A stretch of 37,452 bases of DNA from Malacoraja senta (GCA_038087875.1 JAXLNO010000181.1:62001-99452); one strand, 5' to 3'. Positions 1 through 12,300 are shown, counted from the stretch's first letter. A program made the numbers and translations. Notes: generated by a model not told the origin, from the letters alone.

Positions 1-192
1 GCCAAAGCCAAAGCCAAAGCCAAAGCCAAAGCCAAAGCCAAAGCCTAAGCCTAAGCCTAAGCCTAAGCCTAAGCCTAAGCCTAAGCCTAAGCCTAAGCCT
101 AAACCTAAGCCTAAGCCTAAGCCTAAGCCTAAGCCAAAGCCAAAGCCAAAGCCAAAGCCAAAGCCAAAGCCAAAGCCAAAGCCAAAGCCAAA

Positions 193-492
193 GCCGAAGC
201 CAAAGCCGAAGCCGAAGCCGAAGCCGAAGCCGAAGCCGAAGCCGAAGCCGAAGCCGAAGCCGAAGCCGAAGCCGAAGCCGAAGCCGAAGCCGAAGCCGAA
301 GCCGAAGCCGAAGCCGAAGCCGAAGCCGAAGCCGAAGCCGAAGCCGAAGCCGAAGCCGAAGCCGAAGCCGAAGCCGTAGCCGAAGCCGAAGCCGAAGCCG
401 AAGCCGAAGCCGAAGCCGAAGCCGAAGCCGAAGCCGAAGCCGAAGCCGAAGCCGAAGCCGAAGCCGAAGCCGAAGCCGAAGCCGAAGCCGAA
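193..492 (+). repeat. (GCCGAA)n block 1 (TTCGGC variant), 50 unit positions
   Basis: Continuous GCCGAA with one GCCAAA at 199 and one GCCGTA at 373. Confidence 0.95.
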
Positions 493-972
493 GCCTAAGC
501 CTAAGCCAAAGCCTAAGCCTAAGCCTAAGCCTAAGCCTAAGCCTAAGCCTAAGCCTAAGCCTAAGCCTAAGCCTAAGCCTAAGCCTAAGCCTAAGCCAAA
601 GCCAAAGCCTAAGCCAAAGCCTAAGCCTAAGCCTAAGCCAAAGCCTAAGCCAAAGCCTAAGCCTAAGCCAAAGCCAAAGCCTAAGCCTAAGCCTAAGCCA
701 AAGCCAAAGCCTAAGCCAAAGCCTAAGCCAAAACCTAAGCCTAAGCCTAAGCCTAAGCCTAAGCCTAAGCCTAAGCCTAAGCCTGAGCCTAAGCCTAAGC
801 CTAAGCCTAAGCCTAAGCCTAAGCCTAAGCCTAAGCCTAAGCCTAAGCCTAAGCCTAAGCCTAAGCCTAAGCCTAAGCCTAAGCCTAAGCCTAAGCCTAA
901 GCCTAAGCCTAAGCCTAAGCCTAAGCCAAAGCCAAAGCCTAAGCCTAAGCCAAAGCCAAAGCCAAAGCCTAA

Positions 973-2052
973 GCCAAAGCCAAAGCCAAAGCCAAAGCCA
1001 AAGCCAAAGCCAAAGCCAAAGCCAAAGCCAAAGCCAAAGCCAAAGCCAAAGCCAAAGCCAAAGCCAAAGCCAAAGCCAAAGCCAAAGCCAAAGCCAAAGC
1101 CAAAGCCAAAGCCAAAGCCAAAGCCAAAGCCAAAGCCAAAGCCAAAGCCAAAGCCAAAGCCAAAGCCAAAGCCAAAGCCAAAGCCAAAGCCAAAGCCAAA
1201 GCCAAAGCCAAAGCCAAAGCCAAAGCCAAAGCCAAAGCCAAAGCCAAAGCCAAAGCCAAAGCCAAAGCCAAAGCCAAAGCCAAAGCCAAAGCCAAAGCCA
1301 AAGCCAAAGCCAAAGCCAAAGCCAAAGCCAAAGCCAAAGCCAAAGCCAAAGCCAAAGCCAAAGCCAAAGCCAAAGCCAAAGCCAAAGCCAAAGCCAAAGC
1401 CAAAGCCAAAGCCAAAGCCAAAGCCAAAGCCAAAGCCAAAGCCAAAGCCAAAGCCAAAGCCAAAGCCAAAGCCAAAGCCAAAGCCAAAGCCAAAGCCAAA
1501 GCCAAAGCCAAAGCCAAAGCCAAAGCCAAAGCCAAAGCCAAAGCCAAAGCCAAAGCCAAAGCCAAAGCCAAAGCCAAAGCCAAAGCCAAAGCCAAAGCCA
1601 AAGCCAAAGCCAAAGCCAAAGCCAAAGCCAAAGCCAAAGCCAAAGCCAAAGCCAAAGCCAAAGCCAAAGCCAAAGCCAAAGCCAAAGCCAAAGCCAAAGC
1701 CAAAGCCAAAGCCAAAGCCAAAGCCAAAGCCAAAGCCAAAGCCAAAGCCAAAGCCAAAGCCAAAGCCAAAGCCAAAGCCAAAGCCAAAGCCAAAGCCAAA
1801 GCCAAAGCCAAAGCCAAAGCCAAAGCCAAAGCCAAAGCCAAAGCCAAAGCCAAAGCCAAAGCCAAAGCCAAAGCCAAAGCCAAAGCCAAAGCCAAAGCCA
1901 AAGCCAAAGCCAAAGCCAAAGCCAAAGCCAAAGCCAAAGCCAAAGCCAAAGCCAAAGCCAAAGCCAAAGCCAAAGCCAAAGCCAAAGCCAAAGCCAAAGC
2001 CAAAGCCAAAGCCAAAGCCAAAGCCAAAGCCAAAGCCAAAGCCAAAGCCAAA
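973..2052 (+). repeat. Pure (GCCAAA)n tract, about 180 units
   Basis: Uninterrupted GCCAAA bounded by GCCTAA at 967 and 2053. Confidence 0.93.
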
Positions 2053-2388
2053 GCCTAAGCCTAAGCCTAAGCCTAAGCCTAAGCCTAAGCCTAAGCCTAA
2101 GCCTAAGCCTAAGCCTAAGCCTAAGCCTAAGCCTAAGCCTAAGCCTAAGCCTAAGCCTAAGCCTAAGCCTAAGCCTAAGCCTAAGCCTAAGCCTTAGCCA
2201 AAGCCAAAGCCAAATCCAAAGCCAAAGCCAAAGCCTAAGCCAAAGCCAAAGCCAAAGCCAAAGCCAACGCCTAAGCCAAAGCCTAAGCCAAAGCCAAAGC
2301 CAAAGCCAAAGCCAAAGCCGAAGCCAAAGCCAAAGCCAAAGCCAAAGCCAAAGCCAAAGCCTAAGCCTAAGCCAAAGCCAAAGCCAAA

Positions 2389-2484
2389 GCCTAAGCCAAA
2401 GCCTAAGCCAAAGCCTAAGCCAAAGCCTAAGCCAAAGCCTAAGCCAAAGCCTAAGCCAAAGCCTAAGCCAAAGCCTAAGCCAAA
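2389..2484 (+). repeat. 12-bp dimer repeat (GCCTAAGCCAAA)x8
   Basis: Strict alternation of canonical and variant units, with GCCTAA at 2389, 2401, ... 2473. Confidence 0.88.
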
Positions 2485-3186
2485 GCCAAAGCCAAAGCCT
2501 AAGCCAAAGCCAAAGCCAAAGCCAAAGCCAAAGCCAAAGCCAAAGCCAAAGCCAAAGCCAAAGCCAAAGCCAAAGCCAAAGCCAAAGCCAAAGCCAAAGC
2601 CAAAGCCAAAGCCAAAGCCAAAGCCAAAGCCAAAGCCAAAGCCAAAGCCAAAGCCAAAGCCAAAGCCAAAGCCAAAGCCAAAGCCAAAGCCAAAGCCAAA
2701 GCCAAAGCCAAAGCCAAAGCCAAAGCCAAAGCCAAAGCCAAAGCCAAAGCCAAAGCCTAAGCCAAAGCCAAAGCCAAAGCCAAAGCCAAAGCCTAAGCCT
2801 AAGCCAAAGCCAAAGCCTAAGCCAAAGCCAAAGCCAAAGCCAAAGCCAAAGCCAAAGCCAAAGCCAAAGCCAAAGCCAAAGCCAAAGCCAAAGCCAAAGC
2901 CAAAGCCAAAGCCAAAGCCAAAGCCAAAGCCAAAGCCAAAGCCAAAGCCAAAGCCAAAGCCAAAGCCAAAGCCAAAGCCAAAGCCAAAGCCAAAGCCAAA
3001 GCCAAAGCCAAAGCCAAAGCCAAAGCCAAAGCCAAAGCCAAAGCCAAAGCCAAAGCCAAAGCCAAAGCCAAAGCCAAAGCCAAAGCCAAAGCCAAAGCCA
3101 AAGCCAAAGCCAAAGCCAAAGCCAAAGCCAAAGCCAAAGCCAAAGCCAAAGCCAAAGCCAAAGCCAAAGCCAAAGCCAAAGCCAAA

Positions 3187-4002
3187 GCCTAAGCCTAAGC
3201 CTAAGCCTAAGCCTAAGCCTAAACCTAAGCCTAAGCCTAAGCCTAAGCCTAAGCCTAAGCCTAAGCCTAAGCCTAAGCCTAAGCCTAAGCCTAAGCCTAA
3301 GCCTAAGGCTAAGCCTAAGCCTAAGCCTAAGCCTAAGCCTAAGCCTAAGCCAAAGCCAAAGCCAAAGCCAAAGCCAAAGCCTAAGCCTAAGCCTAAGCCT
3401 AAGCCTAAGCCTAAGCCAAAGCCAAAGCCAAAGCCTAAGCCTAAGCCTAAGCCTAAGCCTAAGCCTAAGCATAAGCCTAAGCCTAAGCCTAAGTCTAAGC
3501 CAAAGCCAAAGCCAAAGCCTAAGCCTAAGCCTAAGCCTAAGCCTAAGCCTAAGCCTAAGCCTAAGCCTAAGCCTAAGCCTAAGCCTAAGCCTAAGCCTAA
3601 GCCTAAGCCTAAGCCTAAGCCTAAGCCTAAGCCTAAGCCTAAGCCTAAGCCTAAGCCTAAGGCTAAGCCTAAGCCTAAGCCTAAGCCTAAGCCTAAGCCT
3701 AAGCCAAAGCCAAAGCCAAAGCCAAAGCCAAAGCCTAAGCCTAAGCCTAAGCCTAAGCCTAAGCCTAAGCCAAAGCCAAAGCCAAAGCCTAAGCCTAAGC
3801 CTAAGCCTAAGCCTAAGCCTAAGCATAAGCCTAAGCCTAAGCCTAAGTCTAAGCCAAAGCCAAAGCCAAAGCCTAAGCCTAAGCCTAAGCCTAAGCCTAA
3901 GCCTAAGCCTAAGCCTAAGCCTAAGCCTAAGCCTAAGCCTAAGCCTAAGCCTAAGCCTAAGCCTAAGCCTAAGCCTAAGCCTAAGCCTAAGCCTAATCCT
4001 AA
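3187..4002 (+). repeat. 354-bp (59-unit) tandem duplication, about 2 copies
   Basis: Three rare markers recur exactly 354 bp apart: GGCTAA 3307/3661, GCATAA 3469/3823, GTCTAA 3493/3847. The intervening T/A block pattern is the same. Confidence 0.92.
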
Positions 4003-5256
4003 GCCAAAGCCAAAGCCAAAGCCAAAGCCAAAGCCAAAGCCAAAGCCAAAGCCAAAGCCAAAGCCAAAGCCAAAGCCAAAGCCAAAGCCAAAGCCAAAGC
4101 CAAAGCCAAAGCCAAAGCCAAAGCCAAAGCCAAAGCCAAAGCCAAAGCCAAAGCCAAAGCCAAAGCCAAAGCCAAAGCCAAAGCCAAAGCCAAAGCCAAA
4201 GCCAAAGCCAAAGCCAAAGCCAAAGCCAAAGCCAAAGCCAAAGCCAAAGCCAAAGCCAAAGCCAAAGCCAAAGCCAAAGCCAAAGCCAAAGCCAAAGCCA
4301 AAGCCAAAGCCAAAGCCAAAGCCAAAGCCAAAGCCAAAGCCAAAGCCAAAGCCAAAGCCAAAGCCAAAGCCAAAGCCAAAGCCAAAGCCAAAGCCAAAGC
4401 CAAAGCCAAAGCCAAAGCCAAAGCCAAAGCCAAAGCCAAAGCCAAAGCCAAAGCCAAAGCCAAAGCCAAAGCCAAAGCCAAAGCCAAAGCCAAAGCCAAA
4501 GCCAAAGCCAAAGCCAAAGACAAAGCCAAAGCCAAAGCCAAAGCCAAAGCCAAAGCCAAAGCCAAAGCCAAAGCCAAAGCCAAAGCCAAAGCCAAAGCCA
4601 AAGCCAAAGCCAAAGCCAAAGCCAAAGCCAAAGCCAAAGCCAAAGCCAAAGCCAAAGCCAAAGCCAAAGCCAAAGCCAAAGCCAAAGCCAAAGCCAAAGC
4701 CAAAGCCAAAGCCAAAGCCAAAGCCAAAGCCAAAGCCAAAGCCAAAGCCAAAGCCAAAGCCAAAGCCAAAGCCAAAGCCAAAGCCAAAGCCAAAGCCAAA
4801 GCCAAAGCCAAAGCCAAAGCCAAAGCCAAAGCCAAAGCCAAAGCCAAAGCCAAAGCCAAAGCCAAAGCCAAAGCCAAAGCCAAAGCCAAAGCCAAAGCCA
4901 AAGCCAAAGCCAAAGCCAAAGCCAAAGCCAAAGCCAAAGCCAAAGCCAAAGCCAAAGCCAAAGCCAAAGCCAAAGCCAAAGCCAAAGCCTAAGCCTAAGC
5001 CTAAGCCTAAGCCTAAGCCTAAGCCTAAGCCAAAGCCTAAGCCTAAGCCTAAGCCAAAGCCTAAGCCTAAGCCTAAGCCAAAGCCTAAGCCTAAGCCTAA
5101 GCCTAAGCCAAAGCCTAAGCCTAAGCCAAAGCCTAAGCCTAAGCCTAAGCCTAAGCCTAAGCCTAAGCCTAAGCCTAAGCCTAAGCCTAAGCCTAAGCCT
5201 AAGCCTAAGCCTAAGCCTAAGCCTAAGCCTAAGCCTAAGCCTAAGCCTAAGCCTAA

Positions 5257-8200
5257 GCCAAAGCCAAAGCCAAAGCCAAAGCCAAAGCCAAAGCCAAAGC
5301 CAAAGCCAAAGCCAAAGCCAAAGCCAAAGCCAAAGCCAAAGCCAAAGCCAAAGCCAAAGCCAAAGCCAAAGCCAAAGCCAAAGCCAAAGCCAAAGCCAAA
5401 GCCAAAGCCAAAGCCAAAGCCAAAGCCAAAGCCAAAGCCAAAGCCAAAGCCAAAGCCAAAGCCAAAGCCAAAGCCAAAGCCAAAGCCAAAGCCAAAGCCA
5501 AAGCCAAAGCCAAAGCCAAAGCCAAAGCCAAAGCCAAAGCCAAAGCCAAAGCCAAAGCCAAAGCCAAAGCCAAAGCCAAAGCCAAAGCCAAAGCCAAAGC
5601 CAAAGCCAAAGCCAAAGCCAAAGCCAAAGCCAAAGCCAAAGCCAAAGCCAAAGCCAAAGCCAAAGCCAAAGCCAAAGCCAAAGCCAAAGCCAAAGCCAAA
5701 GCCAAAGCCAAAGCCAAAGCCAAAGCCAAAGCCAAAGCCAAAGCCAAAGCCAAAGCCAAAGCCAAAGCCAAAGCCAAAGCCAAAGCCAAAGCCAAAGCCA
5801 AAGCCAAAGCCAAAGCCAAAGCCAAAGCCAAAGCCAAAGCCAAAGCCAAAGCCAAAGCCAAAGCCAAAGCCAAAGCCAAAGCCAAAGCCAAAGCCAAAGC
5901 CAAAGCCAAAGCCAAAGCCAAAGCCAAAGCCAAAGCCAAAGCCAAAGCCAAAGCCAAAGCCAAAGCCAAAGCCAAAGCCAAAGCCAAAGCCAAAGCCAAA
6001 GCCAAAGCCAAAGCCAAAGCCAAAGCCAAAGCCAAAGCCAAAGCCAAAGCCAAAGCCAAAGCCAAAGCCAAAGCCAAAGCCAAAGCCAAAGCCAAAGCCA
6101 AAGCCAAAGCCAAAGCCAAAGCCAAAGCCAAAGCCAAAGCCAAAGCCAAAGCCAAAGCCAAAGCCAAAGCCAAAGCCAAAGCCAAAGCCAAAGCCAAAGC
6201 CAAAGCCAAAGCCAAAGCCAAAGCCAAAGCCAAAGCCAAAGCCAAAGCCAAAGCCAAAGCCAAAGCCAAAGCCAAAGCCAAAGCCAAAGCCAAAGCCAAA
6301 GCCAAAGCCAAAGCCAAAGCCAAAGCCAAAGCCAAAGCCAAAGCCAAAGCCAAAGCCAAAGCCAAAGCCAAAGCCAAAGCCAAAGCCAAAGCCAAAGCCA
6401 AAGCCAAAGCCAAAGCCAAAGCCAAAGCCAAAGCCAAAGCCAAAGCCAAAGCCAAAGCCAAAGCCAAAGCCAAAGCCAAAGCCAAAGCCAAAGCCAAAGC
6501 CAAAGCCAAAGCCAAAGCCAAAGCCAAAGCCAAAGCCAAAGCCAAAGCCAAAGCCAAAGCCAAAGCCAAAGCCAAAGCCAAAGCCAAAGCCAAAGCCAAA
6601 GCCAAAGCCAAAGCCTAAGCCTAAGCCTAAGCCTAAGACTAAGCCTAAGCCTAAGCCTAAGCCTAAGCCTAAGCCTAAACCTAAGCCTAAGCCTAAGCCT
6701 AAGCCTAAGCCTAAGCCTAAGCCTAAGCCTAAGCCTAAGCCTAAGCCTAAGCCTAAGCCTAAGCCTAAGCCTAAGCCTAAGCCTAAGCCTAAGCCTAAGC
6801 CTAAGCCTAAGCCTAAGCCTAAGCCTAAGCCTAAGCCTAAGCCTAAGCCTAAGCCAAAGCCTAAGCCTAAGCCTAAGCCTAAGCCTAAGCCTAAGCCTAA
6901 GCCTAAGCCTAAGCCAAAGCCTAAGCCTAAGCCTAAGCCTAAGCCTAAGCCTAAGCCTAAGCCTAAGCCTAAGCCTAAGCCTAAGCCTAAGCCTAAGCCA
7001 AAGCCAAAGCCAAAGCCTAAGCCTAAGCCTAAGCCTAAGCCTAAGCCTAAGCCTAAGCCTAAGCCTAAGCCTAAGCCTAAGCCAAAGCCTAAGCCTAAGC
7101 CTAAGCCTAAGCCTAAGCCTAAGCCTAAGCCTAAGCCTAAGCCTAAGCCTAAGCCTAAGCCTAAGCCTAAGCCTAAGCCTAAGCCTAAGCCTAAGCCTAA
7201 GCCTAAGCCTAAGCCTAAGCCAAAGCCTAAGCCTAAGCCTAAGCCTAAGCCTAAGCCAAAGCCTAAGCCTAAGCCTAAGCCAAAGCCTAAGCCTAAGCCT
7301 AAGCCAAAGCCAAAGCCAAAGCCAAAGCCAAAGCCAAAGCCAAAGCCAAAGCCAAAGCCAAAGCCAAAGCCAAAGCCAAAGCCAAAGCCAAAGCCTAAGC
7401 CTAAGCCTAAGCCTAAGCCTAAGCCTAAGCCTAAGCCTAAGCCTAAGCCAAAGCCTAAGCCTAAGCCTAAGCCTAAGCCTAAGCCTAAGCCTAAGCCTAA
7501 GCCTAAGCCTAAGCCTAAGCCTAAGCCTAAGCCTAAGCCTAAGCCTAAGCCTAAGCCTAAGCCTAAGCCTAAGCCTAAGCCAAAGCCTAAGCCTAAGCCT
7601 AAGCCTAAGCCTAAGCCAAAGCCTAAGCCTAAGCCTAAGCCAAAGCCTAAGCCTAAGCCTAAGCCAAAGCCAAAGCCAAAGCCAAAGCCAAAGCCAAAGC
7701 CAAAGCCAAAGCCAAAGCCAAAGCCAAAGCCAAAGCCAAAGCCAAAGCCAAAGCCAAAGCCAAAGCCAAAGCCAAAGCCAAAGCCAAAGCCAAAGCCAAA
7801 GCCAAAGCCAAAGCCAAAGCCAAAGCCAAAGCCAAAGCCTAAGCCTAAGCCTAAGCCTAAGCCTAAGCCTAAGCCTAAGCCTAAGCCTAAGCCTAAGACT
7901 AAGCCTAAGCCTAAGCCTAAGCCTAAGCCTAAGACTAAGCCTAAGCCAAAGCCTAAGCCAAAGCCTAAGCCTAAGCCTAAGCCAAAGCCTAAGCCTAAGC
8001 CAAAGCCTAAGCCTAAGCCAAAGCCAAAGCCAAAGCCAAAGCCAAAGCCAAAGCCAAAGCCAAAGCCAAAGCCAAAGCCAAAGCCAAAGCCAAAGCCAAA
8101 GCCAAAGCCAAAGCCAAAGCCAAAGCCAAAGCCAAAGCCAAAGCCAAAGCCAAAGCCAAAGCCAAAGCCAAAGCCAAAGCCAAAGCCAAAGCCAAAGCCA

Positions 8201-9330
8201 AAGCCAAAGCCAAAGCCAAAGCCAAAGCCAAAGCCAAAGCCAAAGCCAAAGCCAAAGCCAAAGCCAAAGCCAAAGCCAAAGCCAAAGCCAAAGCCAAAGC
8301 CAAAGCCAAAGCCAAAGCCAAAGCCAAAGCCAAAGCCAAAGCCAAAGCCAAAGCCAAAGCCAAAGCCAAAGCCAAAGCCAAAGCCTAAGCCTAAGCCTAA
8401 GCCTAAGCCTAAGCCAAAGCCTAAGCCTAAGCCTAAGCCTAAGCCTAAGCCTAAGCCTAAGCCTAAGCCTAAGCCTAAGCCTAAGCCTAAGCCTAAACCT
8501 AAGCCTAAGCCTAAGCCTAAGCCTAAGCCTAAGCCTAAGCCTAAGCCTAAGCCTAAGCCTAAGCCTAAGCCTAAGCCTAAGCCTAAGCCTAAGCCTAAGC
8601 CTAAGCCAAAGCCAAAGCCAAAGCCAAAGCCAAAGCCAAAGCCAAAGCCAAAGCCAAAGCCAAAGCCAAAGCCAAAGCCAAAGCCAAAGCCAAAGCCAAA
8701 GCCAAAGCCAAAGCCAAAGCCAAAGCCAAAGCCAAAGCCAAAGCCAAAGCCAAAGCCAAAGCCAAAGCCAAAGCCAAAGCCAAAGCCAAAGCCAAAGCCA
8801 AAGCCAAAGCCAAAGCCAAAGCCAAAGCCAAAGCCAAAGCCAAAGCCAAAGCCAAAGCCAAAGCCAAAGCCAAAGCCAAAGCCAAAGCCAAAGCCAAAGC
8901 CTAAGCCTAAGCCTAAGCCTAAGCCTAAGCCTAAGCCTAAGCCTAAGCCTAAGCCTAAGCCTAAGCCTAAGCCTAAGCCTAAGCCTAAGCCTAAGCCTAA
9001 GCCTAAGCCTAAGCCTAAGCCTAAGCCTAAGCCTAAGCCTAAGCCTAAGCCTAAGCCTAAGCCTAAGCCTAAGCCTAAGCCTAAGCCTAAGCCTAAGCCT
9101 AAGCCTAAGCCTAAGCCTAAGCCTAAGCCTAAGCCTAAGCCTAAGCCTAAGCCTAAGCCTAAGCCTAAGCCTAAGCCTAAGCCTAAGCCTAAGCCTAAGC
9201 CTAAGCCTAAGCCTAAGCCTAAGCCTAAGCCTAAGCCTAAGCCTAAGCCTAAGCCTAAGCCTAAGCCTAAGCCTAAGCCTAAGCCTAAGCCTAAGCCTAA
9301 GCCTAAGCCTAAGCCTAAGCCTAAGCCTAA
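5257..9330 (+). repeat. Higher-order repeat family A, copy 1 (about 4.07 kb)
   Basis: GCCAAA tract 5257-6612 (226 units), GACTAA 6637, ACCTAA 6679, mixed zone, GACTAA 7897/7933, ACCTAA 8497, terminal pure GCCTAA run 8899-9330. Confidence 0.85.
7081..7800 (+). repeat. About 360-bp internal duplication within HOR A copy 1
   Basis: Sequence 7201-7380 is repeated at 7561-7740 (pattern A-T5-A-T3-A-T3 followed by an A run). Confidence 0.75.
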
Positions 9331-12300
9331 GCCAAAGCCAAAGCCAAAGCCAAAGCCAAAGCCAAAGCCAAAGCCAAAGCCAAAGCCAAAGCCAAAGCCA
9401 AAGCCAAAGCCAAAGCCAAAGCCAAAGCCAAAGCCAAAGCCAAAGCCAAAGCCAAAGCCAAAGCCAAAGCCAAAGCCAAAGCCAAAGCCAAAGCCAAAGC
9501 CAAAGCCAAAGCCAAAGCCAAAGCCAAAGCCAAAGCCAAAGCCAAAGCCAAAGCCAAAGCCAAAGCCAAAGCCAAAGCCAAAGCAAAGCCAAAGCCAAAG
9601 CCAAAGCCAAAGCCAAAGCCAAAGCCAAAGCCAAAGCCAAAGCCAAAGCCAAAGCCAAAGCCAAAGCCAAAGCCAAAGCCAAAGCCAAAGCCAAAGCCAA
9701 AGCCAAAGCCAAAGCCAAAGCCAAAGCCAAAGCCAAAGCCAAAGCCAAAGCCAAAGCAAAGCCAAAGCCAAAGCCAAAGCCAAAGCCAAAGCCAAAGCCA
9801 AAGCCAAAGCCAAAGCCAAAGCCAAAGCCAAAGCCAAAGCCAAAGCCAAAGCCAAAGCCAAAGCCAAAGCCAAAGCCAAAGCCAAAGCCAAAGCCAAAGC
9901 CAAAGCCAAAGCCAAAGCCAAAGCCAAAGCCAAAGCCAAAGCCAAAGCCAAAGCCAAAGCCAAAGCCAAAGCCAAAGCCAAAGCCAAAGCCAAAGCCAAA
10001 GCCAAAGCCAAAGCCAAAGCCAAAGCCAAAGCCAAAGCCAAAGCCAAAGCCAAAGCCAAAGCCAAAGCCAAAGCCAAAGCCAAAGCCAAAGCCAAAGCCA
10101 AAGCCAAAGCCAAAGCCAAAGCCAAAGCCAAAGCCAAAGCCAAAGCCAAAGCCAAAGCCAAAGCCAAAGCCAAAGCCAAAGCCAAAGCCAAAGCCAAAGC
10201 CAAAGCCAAAGCCAAAGCCAAAGCCAAAGCCAAAGCCAAAGCCAAAGCCAAAGCCAAAGCCAAAGCCAAAGCCAAAGCCAAAGCCAAAGCCAAAGCCAAA
10301 GCCAAAGCCAAAGCCAAAGCCAAAGCCAAAGCCAAAGCCAAAGCCAAAGCCAAAGCCAAAGCCAAAGCCAAAGCCAAAGCCAAAGCCAAAGCCAAAGCCA
10401 AAGCCAAAGCCAAAGCCAAAGCCAAAGCCAAAGCCAAAGCCAAAGCCAAAGCCAAAGCCAAAGCCAAAGCCAAAGCCAAAGCCAAAGCCAAAGCCAAAGC
10501 CAAAGCCAAAGCCAAAGCCAAAGCCAAAGCCAAAGCCAAAGCCAAAGCCAAAGCCAAAGCCAAAGCCAAAGCCAAAGCCAAAGCCAAAGCCAAAGCCAAA
10601 GCCAAAGCCAAAGCCAAAGCCAAAGCCAAAGCCAAAGCCAAAGCCAAAGCCAAAGCCAAAGCCAAAGCCAAAGCCAAAGCCAAAGCCAAAGCCAAAGCCA
10701 AAGCCAAAGCCAAAGCCAAAGCCAAAGCCAAAGCCAAAGCCAAAGCCAAAGCCAAAGCCAAAGCCTAAGCCTAAGCCTAAGACTAAGCCTAAGCCTAAGC
10801 CTAAGCCTAAGCCTAAGCCTAAGCCTAAACCTAAGCCTAAGCCTAAGCCTAAGCCTAAGCCTAAGCCTAAGCCTAAGCCTAAGCCTAAGCCTAAGCCTAA
10901 GCCTAAGCCTAAGCCTAAGCCTAAGCCTAAGCCTAAGCCTAAGCCTAAGCCTAAGCCTAAGCCTAAGCCTAAGCCTAAGCCTAAGCCTAAGCCTAAGCCT
11001 AAGCCTAAGCCTAAGCCAAAGCCAAAGCCAAAGCCAAAGCCAAAGCCTAAGCCTAAGCCTAAGCCTAAGCCTAAGCCTAAGCCTAAGCCTAAGCCAAAGC
11101 CAAAGCCAAAGCCTAAGCCTAAGCCTAAGCCTAAGCCTAAGCCTAAGCCTAAGCCTAAGCCTAAGCCTAAGCCTAAGCCTAAGCCTAAGCCTAAGCCTAA
11201 GCCAAAGCCAAAGCCAAAGCCTAAGCCTAAGCCTAAGCCTAAGCCTAAGCCTAAGCCTAAGCCTAAGCCTAAGCCTAAGCCTAAGCCTAAGCCTAAGCCT
11301 AAGCCAAAGCCTAAGCCTAAGCCTAAGCCTAAGCCTAAGCCTAAGCCTAAGCCTAAGCCTAAGCCTAAGCCTAAGCCTAAGCCTAAGCCTAAGCCTAAGC
11401 CTAAGCCTAAGCCTAAGCCTAAGCCTAAGCCTAAGCCAAAGCCTAAGCCTAAGCCTAAGCCTAAGCCTAAGCCTAAGCCTAAGCCTAAGCCTAAGCCTAA
11501 GCCTAAGCCTAAGCCTAAGCCTAAGCCTAAGCCTAAGCCAAAGCGTAAGCCTAAGCCTAAGCCTAAGCCTAAGCCAAAGCCTAAGCCTAAGCCTAAGCCA
11601 AAGCCTAAGCCTAAGCCTAAGCCAAAGCCAAAGCCAAAGCCAAAGCCAAAGCCAAAGCCAAAGCCAAAGCCAAAGCCAAAGCCAAAGCCAAAGCCAAAGC
11701 CAAAGCCAAAGCCAAAGCCAAAGCCAAAGCCAAAGCCAAAGCCAAAGCCAAAGCCAAAGCCAAAGCCAAAGCCAAAGCCAAAGCCAAGCCTAAGCCTAAG
11801 CCTAAGCCTAAGCCTAAGCCTAAGCCTAAGCCTAAGCCTAAGCCTAAGCCTAAGCCTAAGCCTAAGCCTAAGACTAAGCCTAAGCCAAAGCCTAAGCCAA
11901 AGCCTAAGCCAAAGCCTAAGCCTAAGCCTAAGCCAAAGCCTAAGCCTAAGCCTAAGCCAAAGCCAAAGCCAAAGCCAAAGCCAAAGCCAAAGCCAAAGCC
12001 AAAGCCAAAGCCAAAGCCAAAGCCAAAGCCAAAGCCAAAGCCAAAGCCAAAGCCAAAGCCAAAGCCAAAGCCAAAGCCAAAGCCAAAGCCAAAGCCAAAG
12101 CCAAAGCCAAAGCCAAAGCCAAAGCCAAAGCCAAAGCCAAAGCCAAAGCCAAAGCCAAAGCCAAAGCCAAAGCCAAAGCCAAAGCCAAAGCCAAAGCCAA
12201 AGCCAAAGCCAAAGCCAAAGCCAAAGCCAAAGCCAAAGCCAAAGCCAAAGCCAAAGCCAAAGCCAAAGCCAAAGCCAAAGCCAAAGCCAAAGCCAAAGCC

